From Alphaproteobacteria bacterium UBA6376 (GTDB lineage Bacteria; Pseudomonadota; Alphaproteobacteria; Rs-D84), in contig DJQW01000001.1 of NCBI GenBank assembly GCA_002437665.1, forward strand, positions 392,727-456,726: 64,000 nt of DNA, in the 5' to 3' direction. Position numbers and translations under genes: made by a program. The notes under the pieces are model-generated. The model was not told the origin of the DNA. It was given only the letters and a program-made list of their open reading frames with translations, and did no database searches. The first letter of the stretch is position 1, and every line of letters begins with the position of its first letter. Positions 9,306 to 18,075 of the stretch are shown one piece after another.

Positions 9306-9800
9306 TTGGGCGATGTTGTAAAGGTTGATTGGGGAAATACCAATTTAACAAAAGCCGCATATGAAGAAAATGGCAAATATCTTGGTGTCAGTGCTGCAGG
9401 TTGTGACGGGCGTATGTCAAATTTTGAACACGATGTGGGAGTTAGTGTTTTATCTGCGATAGGTGCAAACTGTGGAAGGGTTTTTTATCCGGATGAAAAA
9501 TTTACGGCGATTAAAAATACTATAACTTTCACACCGAATAGAACAGTTGTTGTGCCAAAATATTTATTTTTTGTTATGCGGAACAATCAATTACCACAGC
9601 GTGGCGGAGCACAACCATTTATGGCGAAAGCGGATGTTGAATCATATATTATACCACTTCCATCCATTGACGACCAGAAGCGTATAGTTGCAAAATTGGA
9701 AGCAGAACAGGAAATCATTGATACAAATAAACGCTTGATTGATTTGATGCAAGAAAAAATCAACCAAGTTATAAAACGTATATATAGGTGCAATATGTAA
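9306..9800 (+). CDS. hsdS: HsdS half-subunit (target-recognition domain 2 + second conserved coiled-coil)
   Basis: 164 aa, TTG start. TRD followed by LPSIDDQKRIVAKLEAEQEIID...; its frame is open upstream through the (AG)8 tract. Confidence 0.65.
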   Translation: MGDVVKVDWGNTNLTKAAYEENGKYLGVSAAGCDGRMSNFEHDVGVSVLSAIGANCGRVFYPDEKFTAIKNTITFTPNRTVVVPKYLFFVMRNNQLPQRGGAQPFMAKADVESYIIPLPSIDDQKRIVAKLEAEQEIIDTNKRLIDLMQEKINQVIKRIYRCNM

Positions 9801-9802
9801 TT

Positions 9803-10492
9803 ATGACTGAATATTCTGATGATAATCCAGTTTATGTATTAGCGGATTTTTTGCCGCCACTTGATGAAACTGTTGCTTATCTATATAAATACAAAGATGA
9901 TTTTGCATATCATTATGAACGAGAATTTTATAATCTTGCGTTATTCTCGTATCACCAATTGTATATGGCAATATTGCATATGTATTTGTTAAAGTTCCAC
10001 AGGATGGATATAAAAATCGCTAGTGCCTGCAGGCAGAATCGTCCAATTATAAGTGTTTTATCTCCTTCTTTTTATTCTGATGTTATGGATGAAAAAGCTC
10101 GCATTGGGTTGTTTGGTCGTAGAATTTCAACCGAAATTAAAAAGAAACATGTAGAATTAGTTCAACAAAGGGATAGAATTGCGCATTTTACTGGGAATGT
10201 GTTAACCAAAGAACAAATTGACGAACATATATCAATATCGGCGGTTGTGTTAAAAGAAATTCAATCTGTTGCTTTTTATGAATTACTTTTGCATCCAACA
10301 GACCGTTTCGGGGTTCAAGTAAACGATATAGTGACAGAAATAGACAAGTCGGAAAGGTTTTCAAAAATTTCATATCTGATTCAGGACTTCTATTTATCTA
10401 AAAATGATATAGATTTTTTACAGAGATATCCTGATTTTTGTTTTTGGAATGAATATATACAGGAAAATGGTTATGAGCCAATTGAAAATTAA
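9803..10492 (+). CDS. Hypothetical protein with HEPN-like Rx4H motif (Abi-like candidate)
   Basis: About 229 aa, directly after hsdS'; RDRIAHF motif; no other recognisable domain. Confidence 0.35.
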   Translation: MTEYSDDNPVYVLADFLPPLDETVAYLYKYKDDFAYHYEREFYNLALFSYHQLYMAILHMYLLKFHRMDIKIASACRQNRPIISVLSPSFYSDVMDEKARIGLFGRRISTEIKKKHVELVQQRDRIAHFTGNVLTKEQIDEHISISAVVLKEIQSVAFYELLLHPTDRFGVQVNDIVTEIDKSERFSKISYLIQDFYLSKNDIDFLQRYPDFCFWNEYIQENGYEPIEN

Positions 10493-10613
10493 TGCCTGTA
10501 TTTATATTAAGGAACACAAGATTTAAATTTTTCTATCAAAATTTAGGAATAAAATACAAGATAATACCACATATTTCAACCACGGGTTGAAACAAGCGGC
10601 GAATTTCCGATAT

Positions 10614-11402
10614 CTACGCAACCGCATTCTCAAATCGGTCTACGATTTCAAGTAATGTGTCTGGTACATATTTTCGGGCGGTCGCCTGTATGTCGGCTGG
10701 CACGCCATAGTACGCACCGGCAACTGCGCCCGTAATGGCGGCAATCGTGTCACTGTCGCCACCGATTGAAATTGCATTGCGTATTGCGTCTTCAAAATCG
10801 GTGGATTCTATAAAGCACTGCAACGCCTGCGGGACTGTGCCTTGGCACGAGGCATCCCAACGATAACTTTTTTGCAATTCAGAAACCGGTAAGCACGCCC
10901 CATAGTAGTTTTTGATTATGTGCCGACCTATCTCGGCTTTGTCACGGCCGGTGCGTGCCAGAAATACGGCAACGGCGGTTGCCTCGGCCCCTTTGATGGC
11001 CTCGATGTGGTCATGACTGACCGATGTTACCATGTACGACAGGCGTTTAACCTCTGATAAACTGCGGCCAACCCAGCCAGCCGCCGACACGCGCATTGCG
11101 GCACCGTTGCCCCAACTGTCGTACGGTTCGCTGTCATAGCTATCCAGCCAACGTGCAAATCTGAATCCATAGCTCTTGTCCGGGAACTGTCGGCCAATCG
11201 TGCGCATAGACCGGCGCGCCAAATCCGACAGATCGCCACCATCACGCCGCCATTTCAACAGCGCATCCGCCACCGCGATGGTCATACAAGTGTCATCTGT
11301 GATAAATCCACACGGTGAAAATAATGGAAAATCCTTGGTTCTGATATTATCAAATTCATAAATAGATCCGACAATATCACCAACTATCGCACCCCACAGC
11401 AT
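10614..11402 (-). CDS. ADP-ribosylglycohydrolase family protein (DraG/ARH-like)
   Basis: 262 aa; GAIVGDIVGS, GNGAAMRVSAAG, GGDSDTIAAITGAVAGAYYG motifs. Confidence 0.8.
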   Translation of the reverse strand: MLWGAIVGDIVGSIYEFDNIRTKDFPLFSPCGFITDDTCMTIAVADALLKWRRDGGDLSDLARRSMRTIGRQFPDKSYGFRFARWLDSYDSEPYDSWGNGAAMRVSAAGWVGRSLSEVKRLSYMVTSVSHDHIEAIKGAEATAVAVFLARTGRDKAEIGRHIIKNYYGACLPVSELQKSYRWDASCQGTVPQALQCFIESTDFEDAIRNAISIGGDSDTIAAITGAVAGAYYGVPADIQATARKYVPDTLLEIVDRFENAVA

Positions 11403-11414
11403 ATTGCGCCCCCT

Positions 11415-11936
11415 TTATAACGTGCTTAAAAAATTCTCTAACTCTTTAATCTTTTGTTTTTTCCAACCGCGATTGCTTTTTTGAAACTGGGTGTAAGTGC
11501 GCAACTCTGTGACCTTGCGCAACCATGGGGCGGGGTAATAGCCGAACACCGGTACATTTCGCGCCATGCATTGACGCAATATGGCGATGTTTTCATCACG
11601 TGCGTCACGCGCGCCCTTGGGCCACGTCGCCTCTGGCGGAATACCGCGCGATGATGCCGTGTGATACGGATAGTATTCCAGAAACAGAACCTCTGAATTT
11701 TTTACACCATGTTCACGGAACGCAGCGCAAAAATCGTCCCACCAATCGTTGTATTCCTGCAAACTGTCCAAAGGCATACCGGTTGGGGCATAGCAGCCGT
11801 CTGAGCGCATTGCGTACTCTGGCAATCGTTTTGGCCACTGCGGATTGCCACCCGGATTCCATAACAATATGACAAGACGTGGATTTCTGTCGTTACCCAA
11901 ACGCACCACCGGCAAATCGTATAAATCTCTACTCAT
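11415..11936 (-). CDS. Hypothetical protein, co-oriented 12 bp upstream partner of the ADP-ribosylglycohydrolase
   Basis: 173 aa ORF (W/Y/P-rich, YYPYHTASSRG); no domain recognised. Confidence 0.4.
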   Translation of the reverse strand: MSRDLYDLPVVRLGNDRNPRLVILLWNPGGNPQWPKRLPEYAMRSDGCYAPTGMPLDSLQEYNDWWDDFCAAFREHGVKNSEVLFLEYYPYHTASSRGIPPEATWPKGARDARDENIAILRQCMARNVPVFGYYPAPWLRKVTELRTYTQFQKSNRGWKKQKIKELENFLSTL

Positions 11937-12054
11937 ATTGTATTCCCTCCACAGTCAGACCCAAAAAAATGATGTGAAATATTTATATAAAAATTCTGCA
12001 AGAACCAGACGACAAAATCAATAAAAAACACCCCGCACGGGGTATTTTTATTAC

Positions 12055-12144
12055 TGGCGGATGGGGAGGGATTCGAACCCCCGGAAGAGTTGCCCCTTCA
12101 GCGGTTTTCAAGACCGTCGCATTCGACCGCTCTGCCACCCATCC
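12055..12144 (-). tRNA. tRNA-Ser (anticodon UGA), long variable arm
   Basis: Reverse complement GGATGGGTGGCAGAGCGG...CUUGAAAACCG...GGTTCGAATCCCTCCCCATCCGCCA folds as a class II tRNA. A terminator hairpin (12029-12050) follows the 3' end. Confidence 0.85.
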
Positions 12145-12264
12145 GAAACTGTTTCATTTTATCCGCCGGTCTTTCAAACCTGCGGTTTTGTTCGCACCGC
12201 GTTGCGGGCTCACCATTCGTTCGCGCGCGGCGGCGTTCCACTTGCCTTGCTGACTCATAAGCAA

Positions 12265-12303
12265 GACCGTCGCTATTGTCCCGCTCTGCCACCCATCCGA
12301 AAC
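12265..12303 (-). repeat. Partial duplicate (about 88 percent identity) of the 5' half of tRNA-Ser
   Basis: gaccgtcgcTATTGTCCcgctctgccacccatccgaaac versus the tRNA at 12112-12148. Confidence 0.6.
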
Positions 12304-12389
12304 GGTTTCTGGTGTTTGCCGGCACTTTTGTTCAGTGCGGTCGCATTGTATATATTTTTTTTATACTTTGCAACCGTAAAATCTGAATC

Positions 12390-12656
12390 TTATTTCGTTT
12401 TTTGCGCCTGTGCGATTTTTGCCGCGCACATTTTTGTGTAATTCGGGGCTGTGCGCGCGTATTCACGCCACAGGTCGGGTATATAAAACGCATTTGCCCC
12501 GCGCGCCAGTGTCCAGTGCACAACTTTGCCATCAGGGGCTTCGCATTGCAATTTGAAACACGCCGGAAAGAACCCGTTAAAGCAACATTTATCACACGCG
12601 CCGCGTTCGGTCAGGTTCGCAACCAAAACATCGGGCAATTTATAATCCAGAATCAT
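12390..12656 (-). CDS. Small Cys-containing protein (CxxCC), start overlaps lgt stop (ATGA)
   Basis: 88 aa from ATG 12654-12656, MILDYKLPDV...; function unknown. Confidence 0.4.
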   Translation of the reverse strand: MILDYKLPDVLVANLTERGACDKCCFNGFFPACFKLQCEAPDGKVVHWTLARGANAFYIPDLWREYARTAPNYTKMCAAKIAQAQKTK

Positions 12657-13750
12657 TTGATTTGTCCTTTGGTTTTGTCCCCCCGCATTGCACAGACAAA
12701 CAGCGTCGCGCCGGCGGCAAACATTATCGCCGACAGTAACTGGCCCATGGTCAGCCCCCAATTTGTTAAAAATCCAATTTGTGCGTCCGGCATGCGGAAC
12801 TGTTCACAGAATATGCGCGCGGTGGCATACGCCATCCCCAGCATCCCGCCAATCGCACCCGCGTGCCGACGCAGTCCCGTGAAACGATACATGCAATACA
12901 TAAATATGAACAAGACGATGCCTTCGGCGGTGGCCTCGTACAATGGACTGGGGTGCAATGGGATTTGGGTATATCCGTTAAACACGACGCCCCACGGCAT
13001 ATCGGTTGGACGACCCATAACCTCCATATTTATAAAGTTCGCAATGCGTCCGAAAAAGAATCCAATCGGGGTCACCACGGCCAGCAAGTCCAATATGCGC
13101 AGCGCGATATTCATTGTGCCACCCGTGATACCGCTGTTCGGCGCGCGATGCAGTTTGCGCGCATACAAGAACGTTGCCACGATTACACCAATCAGCCCGC
13201 CATGGAAACTCATCCCGCCATTCCATACCATAAATATCTGTAACGGGTGCGCCAGAAAATAGGGCAGGTTATAGAACAAAACGTACCCCAACCGACCCCC
13301 AAGAATCACGCCAAAAATCACCGCGGTCAACAGGTCGTCCATTTGCGCTTTGTTTAATTTAATCTGGCTGTCACTGCGCCGCATCAGGTGGCGGAACAAA
13401 TAATACCCCGCAATGAATCCGGCAATATACGCCAACGCGTACCAACGAATGTCCACGCCCAGGACAGAAAACGCAACAGGTGAAATTGGGTTGACTGTTA
13501 TTGCCATCTTAAATCCCTTGAAATTACGGGGGCATTGTATTATATATTCGGTGAATAACAAGGAGAAAGTTATGATTGCAAAGAAATCATTAAACCAGGT
13601 ATCGCCCGCCGCCACACGTAACAACGGCATGGGATTGTATCTGAAACGCGTATTCGCACTGATGTTTGCTGCGATTGGCGTAACGGCATTGGCATCGTTT
13701 GTCACGATGGTAACGCCACTGATTGACATGATGTTTACAGAAACCGGCAT
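12653..13750 (-). CDS. lgt: Prolipoprotein diacylglyceryl transferase
   Basis: 365 aa polytopic membrane protein with Lgt-like N-terminus (ITVNPISPVAF...YALAYIAGFIAGYYL). Confidence 0.8.
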   Translation of the reverse strand: MPVSVNIMSISGVTIVTNDANAVTPIAANISANTRFRYNPMPLLRVAAGDTWFNDFFAIITFSLLFTEYIIQCPRNFKGFKMAITVNPISPVAFSVLGVDIRWYALAYIAGFIAGYYLFRHLMRRSDSQIKLNKAQMDDLLTAVIFGVILGGRLGYVLFYNLPYFLAHPLQIFMVWNGGMSFHGGLIGVIVATFLYARKLHRAPNSGITGGTMNIALRILDLLAVVTPIGFFFGRIANFINMEVMGRPTDMPWGVVFNGYTQIPLHPSPLYEATAEGIVLFIFMYCMYRFTGLRRHAGAIGGMLGMAYATARIFCEQFRMPDAQIGFLTNWGLTMGQLLSAIMFAAGATLFVCAMRGDKTKGQIK

Positions 13751-14303
13751 GTCGCCACTGTATTACATTTTGTTGTTTGGTGGACTGGGACTGTCCGTCT
13801 GGGCACAGGCGCGTGCATTTTCAATGTCACCGGCGGCCGCGGCGGCAATTCTGTTTATCTATGCCGCAACATTAGGTATCGTGATGACGCCTCTGTTGCT
13901 GTTCGCATTGTATAACAGCCCGATTACAATTATCGCGGCGTTTGTACTGGCGGCGGTAATGTTCGCATGCATGGCATTGTTTGGTTACAAGACCATCAAG
14001 AATCTGTCATTCTTGGGCGTGTTCTTGACCATGGGTATGATTGGTTTAATCTTGGTTGGATTGGCGTCATTCATTTGGCCGGCGATTATCGGCGGTACAT
14101 TTGGCACAGTCGTATGCCTGATTGGCGTATTGGTATTTGCATTGTTCACCGCGTATGATATGCAGAATTTGAAGTATGCATACAACGCAATGGGCGGTGA
14201 CGAACACCAGAAAAACCAGTTGGCGGTATTGGGCGCGTTGCACCTGTACATCTCGTTCGTGGCAATGTTCCAGTATTTGCTGAGTTTGTTTAACCGCGAC
14301 TAA
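13572..14303 (+). CDS. Bax inhibitor-1/YccA family membrane protein
   Basis: ATG after AGGAGA RBS; seven TM segments; C-terminal FTAYDMQNL...LLSLF pattern. Confidence 0.75.
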   Translation: MIAKKSLNQVSPAATRNNGMGLYLKRVFALMFAAIGVTALASFVTMVTPLIDMMFTETGMSPLYYILLFGGLGLSVWAQARAFSMSPAAAAAILFIYAATLGIVMTPLLLFALYNSPITIIAAFVLAAVMFACMALFGYKTIKNLSFLGVFLTMGMIGLILVGLASFIWPAIIGGTFGTVVCLIGVLVFALFTAYDMQNLKYAYNAMGGDEHQKNQLAVLGALHLYISFVAMFQYLLSLFNRD

Positions 14304-14325
14304 GAAACCAAAAAAGGAAAGAAAA

Positions 14326-14508
14326 ATGGCGTATAAAATTGATCCATCTAAATGCATTGGCTGTCACACATGCATGGGCGCGTGTCCGGTGTGTGCGATT
14401 GCAACCACATCTGATGGTAAATGTGCGATTGATCCGGCAAAGTGCATTTCGTGCGGTACGTGCGCGGCGGTGTGTCCGGTTGCGGCGATTGCCCCTGATG
14501 TACAGTAA
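14326..14508 (+). CDS. 2x[4Fe-4S] ferredoxin
   Basis: 60 aa with two CxxCxxCxxxCP motifs. Confidence 0.8.
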   Translation: MAYKIDPSKCIGCHTCMGACPVCAIATTSDGKCAIDPAKCISCGTCAAVCPVAAIAPDVQ

Positions 14509-14608
14509 TCGTGCATGGGTTATAAAACGGGGCGTTTGCCCCGTTTCTTTTTGTTGCAAATACATAAAAACAGTATAATAATTGGTGCGTTAAAAATAGA
14601 GGATTAAA

Positions 14609-15970
14609 ATGCCAGCAAAATCAGTAAATGATATCGTCGCATTGTGCAAGCGGCGCGGTTTTATTTTCACAGGTTCTGAAATCTATGGCGGTTTGGGTGG
14701 TGCGTACGATTACGGCCCATACGGCGTCGAATTGATGAAGAATATCAAGAACGCATGGTGGAACGCCATGATTTATTCCCGTAATGATATCGAGGGGCTG
14801 GATGCGGCATTGATTTCTAACCGATTGATGTGGAAATATTCAGGGCACGAGGGCAGTTTTTCTGACCCATTGGTTGAATGCAAGAAATGCGGTGCACGCA
14901 TGCGTCAGGATAAAATGAAAGACCCAACCAAGTGCGATAATTGTGGCAGCACGGATTTAACCGACCCACGTGCGTACCAGTTGATGATGGGGCTGTCCAT
15001 TGGGGCAACCGCCGATGGTGCAATCAATGCGTACCTGCGCCCAGAAACAGCGACCACAACGTATGTGAATTTCAAAAACGTATTGGACGCATGCCCACAT
15101 AAATTGCCATTTGGTATTGCCCAGATTGGCAAGGCGTTCCGTAACGAAATTTCCCCACGTGGATTTGTATTCCGTATGCGTGAATTTGAACAGGCGGAAA
15201 TGCAGTACTTTATCAATCCTGCCGATGATGCGAAATATTTCGAAGAATGGAAGAAAACGCGTATGGCATGGTGGGTAAATGTACTGGGCATTCCTGCGGA
15301 AAAATTGCGTTTCACACCGCACGAAAAATTGGCCCATTATGCCAAGGCCGCGGGTGATATCGAATACGCGTTCCCAGATGGCTTTGACGAGGTTGAGGGC
15401 ATCCACAACCGTCAGGACTTTGATTTGGGTTCTCATACCAAGGCGCAAAATGAATTTCATATTTCTGCGCATGTTATGGAAAACCACGACAGCACGGTTA
15501 AATTGGCGTATTCTGATCCCCAGACGGGTGAAAGTTTCATCCCATTCGTCATTGAAACCGCAATGGGCGTGAACCGCGCAATGTTGGCCGTTATGATAGA
15601 GGCATATACCGAAGAGCAGTTGCCAGATGGCAAGACCCGCACAGTTCTGAAATTGAAACCAAAACTTGCACCGGTCAAGGCGGCGGTTATTCCATTGGCG
15701 CGTAATGTTCCAGAATTGGTTCAGACCGCGAACGATATTGAAAATGCGTTACGTGCATTGCATATCGGCCGCATTGAATTGGAAAATTCTGGCAACATTG
15801 GTAAGAACTATCGTCGTCATGACGAAATCGGTACACCAGTTTGCATCACCGTTGATCACCAGACGATGGAAGATGGCACAGTTACCCTGCGTCACCGTGA
15901 TGACATGAGTCAGGAACGCATCGCCATCGCGGACGTACCGCGTCGTGTGACTGAGATTATAAATGCATAA
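14609..15970 (+). CDS. glyQS: Glycine--tRNA ligase, single-chain alpha2 (GlyQS) type
   Basis: 453 aa; FTGSEIYGGLGGAYDYGPYG N-terminus and class II motifs typical of the dimeric GlyRS form. Confidence 0.85.
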   Translation: MPAKSVNDIVALCKRRGFIFTGSEIYGGLGGAYDYGPYGVELMKNIKNAWWNAMIYSRNDIEGLDAALISNRLMWKYSGHEGSFSDPLVECKKCGARMRQDKMKDPTKCDNCGSTDLTDPRAYQLMMGLSIGATADGAINAYLRPETATTTYVNFKNVLDACPHKLPFGIAQIGKAFRNEISPRGFVFRMREFEQAEMQYFINPADDAKYFEEWKKTRMAWWVNVLGIPAEKLRFTPHEKLAHYAKAAGDIEYAFPDGFDEVEGIHNRQDFDLGSHTKAQNEFHISAHVMENHDSTVKLAYSDPQTGESFIPFVIETAMGVNRAMLAVMIEAYTEEQLPDGKTRTVLKLKPKLAPVKAAVIPLARNVPELVQTANDIENALRALHIGRIELENSGNIGKNYRRHDEIGTPVCITVDHQTMEDGTVTLRHRDDMSQERIAIADVPRRVTEIINA

Positions 15971-16268
15971 AATAAATAAACGGGGCGTTGCCCCGTTTTT
16001 TTTACCCAAACGAATCGGTTGGGAATAAAATGTCAAAGACATTTGTCCCAAAAACGCAGGACAAATGTCGTATCGAAAAATTTTTTACTAAGAAAAAAAT
16101 CGTCGTTTTTTACTGTTTTTGTGAATTTTTCCCAGATTTCTGCGCCTTTTGCTGCGTGCCCCGATTTATACATGATCACATATAAAAGGAGTATAGCCGG
16201 AAAAATCCCCACTGGGTTTATATTGTGAATGTAGACAAAACAACAAACAGACAAAGGTGAAAAAACAA

Positions 16269-16511
16269 ATGACACACAGTGATGTATGGTATGCAATCGA
16301 TTGCTTTGCCAGTGCGCACAAAATGTCCTGTTCTGGATTGGCGCGTCGCAGCGGTCTTGACCCAACAATTTTTAACAAGAGCAAGCGTTGGTCAAAATAC
16401 GGTCAGCCGCGTTGGCCATCAACCGGCAGTATAGCCAAAATTTTGGCAGCGACCGGCGAAACGGTCAGCAATTTCACCAAATACTTTTCGAACAAGCAAA
16501 ATGAATTGTAA
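16269..16511 (+). CDS. Small HTH DNA-binding protein (Ner/Nlp-like candidate), paralog of 57816-58061
   Basis: 80 aa from ATG after AAGGTGA; MTHSDVWYAID...MSCSGLARRSGLDPTIFNKSKRWS...GQPRWPSTGSIAKIL, about 60 percent identical to the paralog. Confidence 0.55.
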   Translation: MTHSDVWYAIDCFASAHKMSCSGLARRSGLDPTIFNKSKRWSKYGQPRWPSTGSIAKILAATGETVSNFTKYFSNKQNEL

Positions 16512-16689
16512 AATCTGTAAATAATACCGCGCGCGAATGCACGCGGTATTACATTTTTGTAAAATAAAAATATTTTCAAAAATCTGTCTTTTGTGCTGTT
16601 TTTCGATTAAAGAATCGTGTATAATAAGAATAAACAATCATATTCACGTATTTTTGTTGTCTTTTTTTCTTTAATCAAAAGGTATAGCG

Positions 16690-17589
16690 ATGGCTACTAT
16701 AAAAACCAGAGTGACCTTGTTGAAAGAACTGTTAGCGTTAAAAGAAGTAATCGATACGGGTCAAATCCAAATCGCCGCGAATAAAAACGGCATCAAACAT
16801 TCCAATATGTCCAAATTGATTTCTGATTTGGAAACGCGCCTGAATGCGACGTTATTGCAACGTACGCCCATGGGCAGTTTGCCAACCAATGCAACACCAG
16901 AAATCTATTCTGCGATTGAGACAATATGCAACGCATTGAATAAAATAGAACAGACCACCCCCGAAGGTGAATTGACCGGTTATATTTCCGTTATGATTGC
17001 CGAAGGTTTGGTTGGCAGTTATATCTTGCGCGAACTGTCACGGTTCTATGCATTGTATCCAAAAATTCGTTTAGATTTATTGACCAATCGGCAACAGAAC
17101 CTGTCGCATATAGAGGTTGCGCTTGTTGATTCAAATTCCAATTATCAAATCCCAGGGCGCACGTTGTTCCGCCTGCGCACACCGGCATATTTCTTTACAA
17201 CACAGGAATATTTGGACACCCACGGTGTGCCACGCGATATGGACGATATGTTGGAAAACTTTGACCTGTGCATGTACCAGTCATATTTGAATATGCCCGA
17301 ATGTTCTTTTATTGCAAAGCGGGCACGTAAACTGAACACGACAACGGATTCGGTTGGATTGATATTCCGCCTGATACGTGACGGCGACGGTATCGGATTA
17401 CTGCCGGCGTGGACGGTGCAACAGCCACCAAAATTGGTGCGCGTACCGAATATAGATTTTGAATACGAACATCGTATGATTGCAGCGTGCAGTCCTAAAT
17501 TGATTGATACACCAAAAATTCGTGCGTTTATCAGATTCCTTGACGATTTCTGTAAAAAACATAATATACCTATTGAAAGGGTATATTAA
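16690..17589 (+). CDS. LysR-family transcriptional regulator
   Basis: 299 aa; N-terminal HTH, C-terminal substrate-binding domain pattern. Confidence 0.7.
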   Translation: MATIKTRVTLLKELLALKEVIDTGQIQIAANKNGIKHSNMSKLISDLETRLNATLLQRTPMGSLPTNATPEIYSAIETICNALNKIEQTTPEGELTGYISVMIAEGLVGSYILRELSRFYALYPKIRLDLLTNRQQNLSHIEVALVDSNSNYQIPGRTLFRLRTPAYFFTTQEYLDTHGVPRDMDDMLENFDLCMYQSYLNMPECSFIAKRARKLNTTTDSVGLIFRLIRDGDGIGLLPAWTVQQPPKLVRVPNIDFEYEHRMIAACSPKLIDTPKIRAFIRFLDDFCKKHNIPIERVY

Positions 17590-17592
17590 ATT

Positions 17593-18075
17593 ATGTTGGT
17601 TAAATCAGAATACGCATCGCCGATTGGTAAATTGACATTGGTCGCATCTGATAATGCGCTGGTGGGGCTGTGGATTGCAGGGCAACGTTATCATGGCGAT
17701 GTGTCGGATATTCCATTTGGCGACAATGCGATATTGCAACGCGCATCGCGTTGGCTGGATGATTATTTTGCGGGTGGCCGCCCAACTGTTGATTTTGAAT
17801 TGTCGCCACGCGGCACGGCATTTCAGTGTGCGGTGTGGCGTGCATTGCGCGAAATACCATATGGTGCGCGCGCATCATATTCCGATATCGCGCGTCGTGT
17901 CGGATGCGCATCTGCGCGGGCGGTTGGTGGTGCGGTCGGTCGCAATCCGATTTCGATTATTGTTCCATGCCATCGCGTTGTGGGCGCGCATGGTACAATG
18001 ACGGGCTATGCCGGTGGGATCGCAACCAAGGAAAAATTATTGAATTGGGAACAGGGCGTTATTCGCGCCAAATAA
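17593..18075 (+). CDS. ogt: Methylated-DNA--protein-cysteine methyltransferase
   Basis: 160 aa; PCHRVV active-site motif. Confidence 0.85.
   Translation: MLVKSEYASPIGKLTLVASDNALVGLWIAGQRYHGDVSDIPFGDNAILQRASRWLDDYFAGGRPTVDFELSPRGTAFQCAVWRALREIPYGARASYSDIARRVGCASARAVGGAVGRNPISIIVPCHRVVGAHGTMTGYAGGIATKEKLLNWEQGVIRAK

Noticed and set aside
12145-12304. Possible second tRNA or tmRNA between tRNA-Ser and lgt
   Set aside because: The sequence starts like tRNA-Ser but has no matching 3' acceptor strand or T-arm. Only a 5'-half duplicate is present.
12402-13262. Long plus-strand ORFs (12402-13262, 12779-13243) opposite lgt
   Set aside because: They are antisense to a well-supported lgt gene and have no motifs. 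Typical GC-rich antisense frames.
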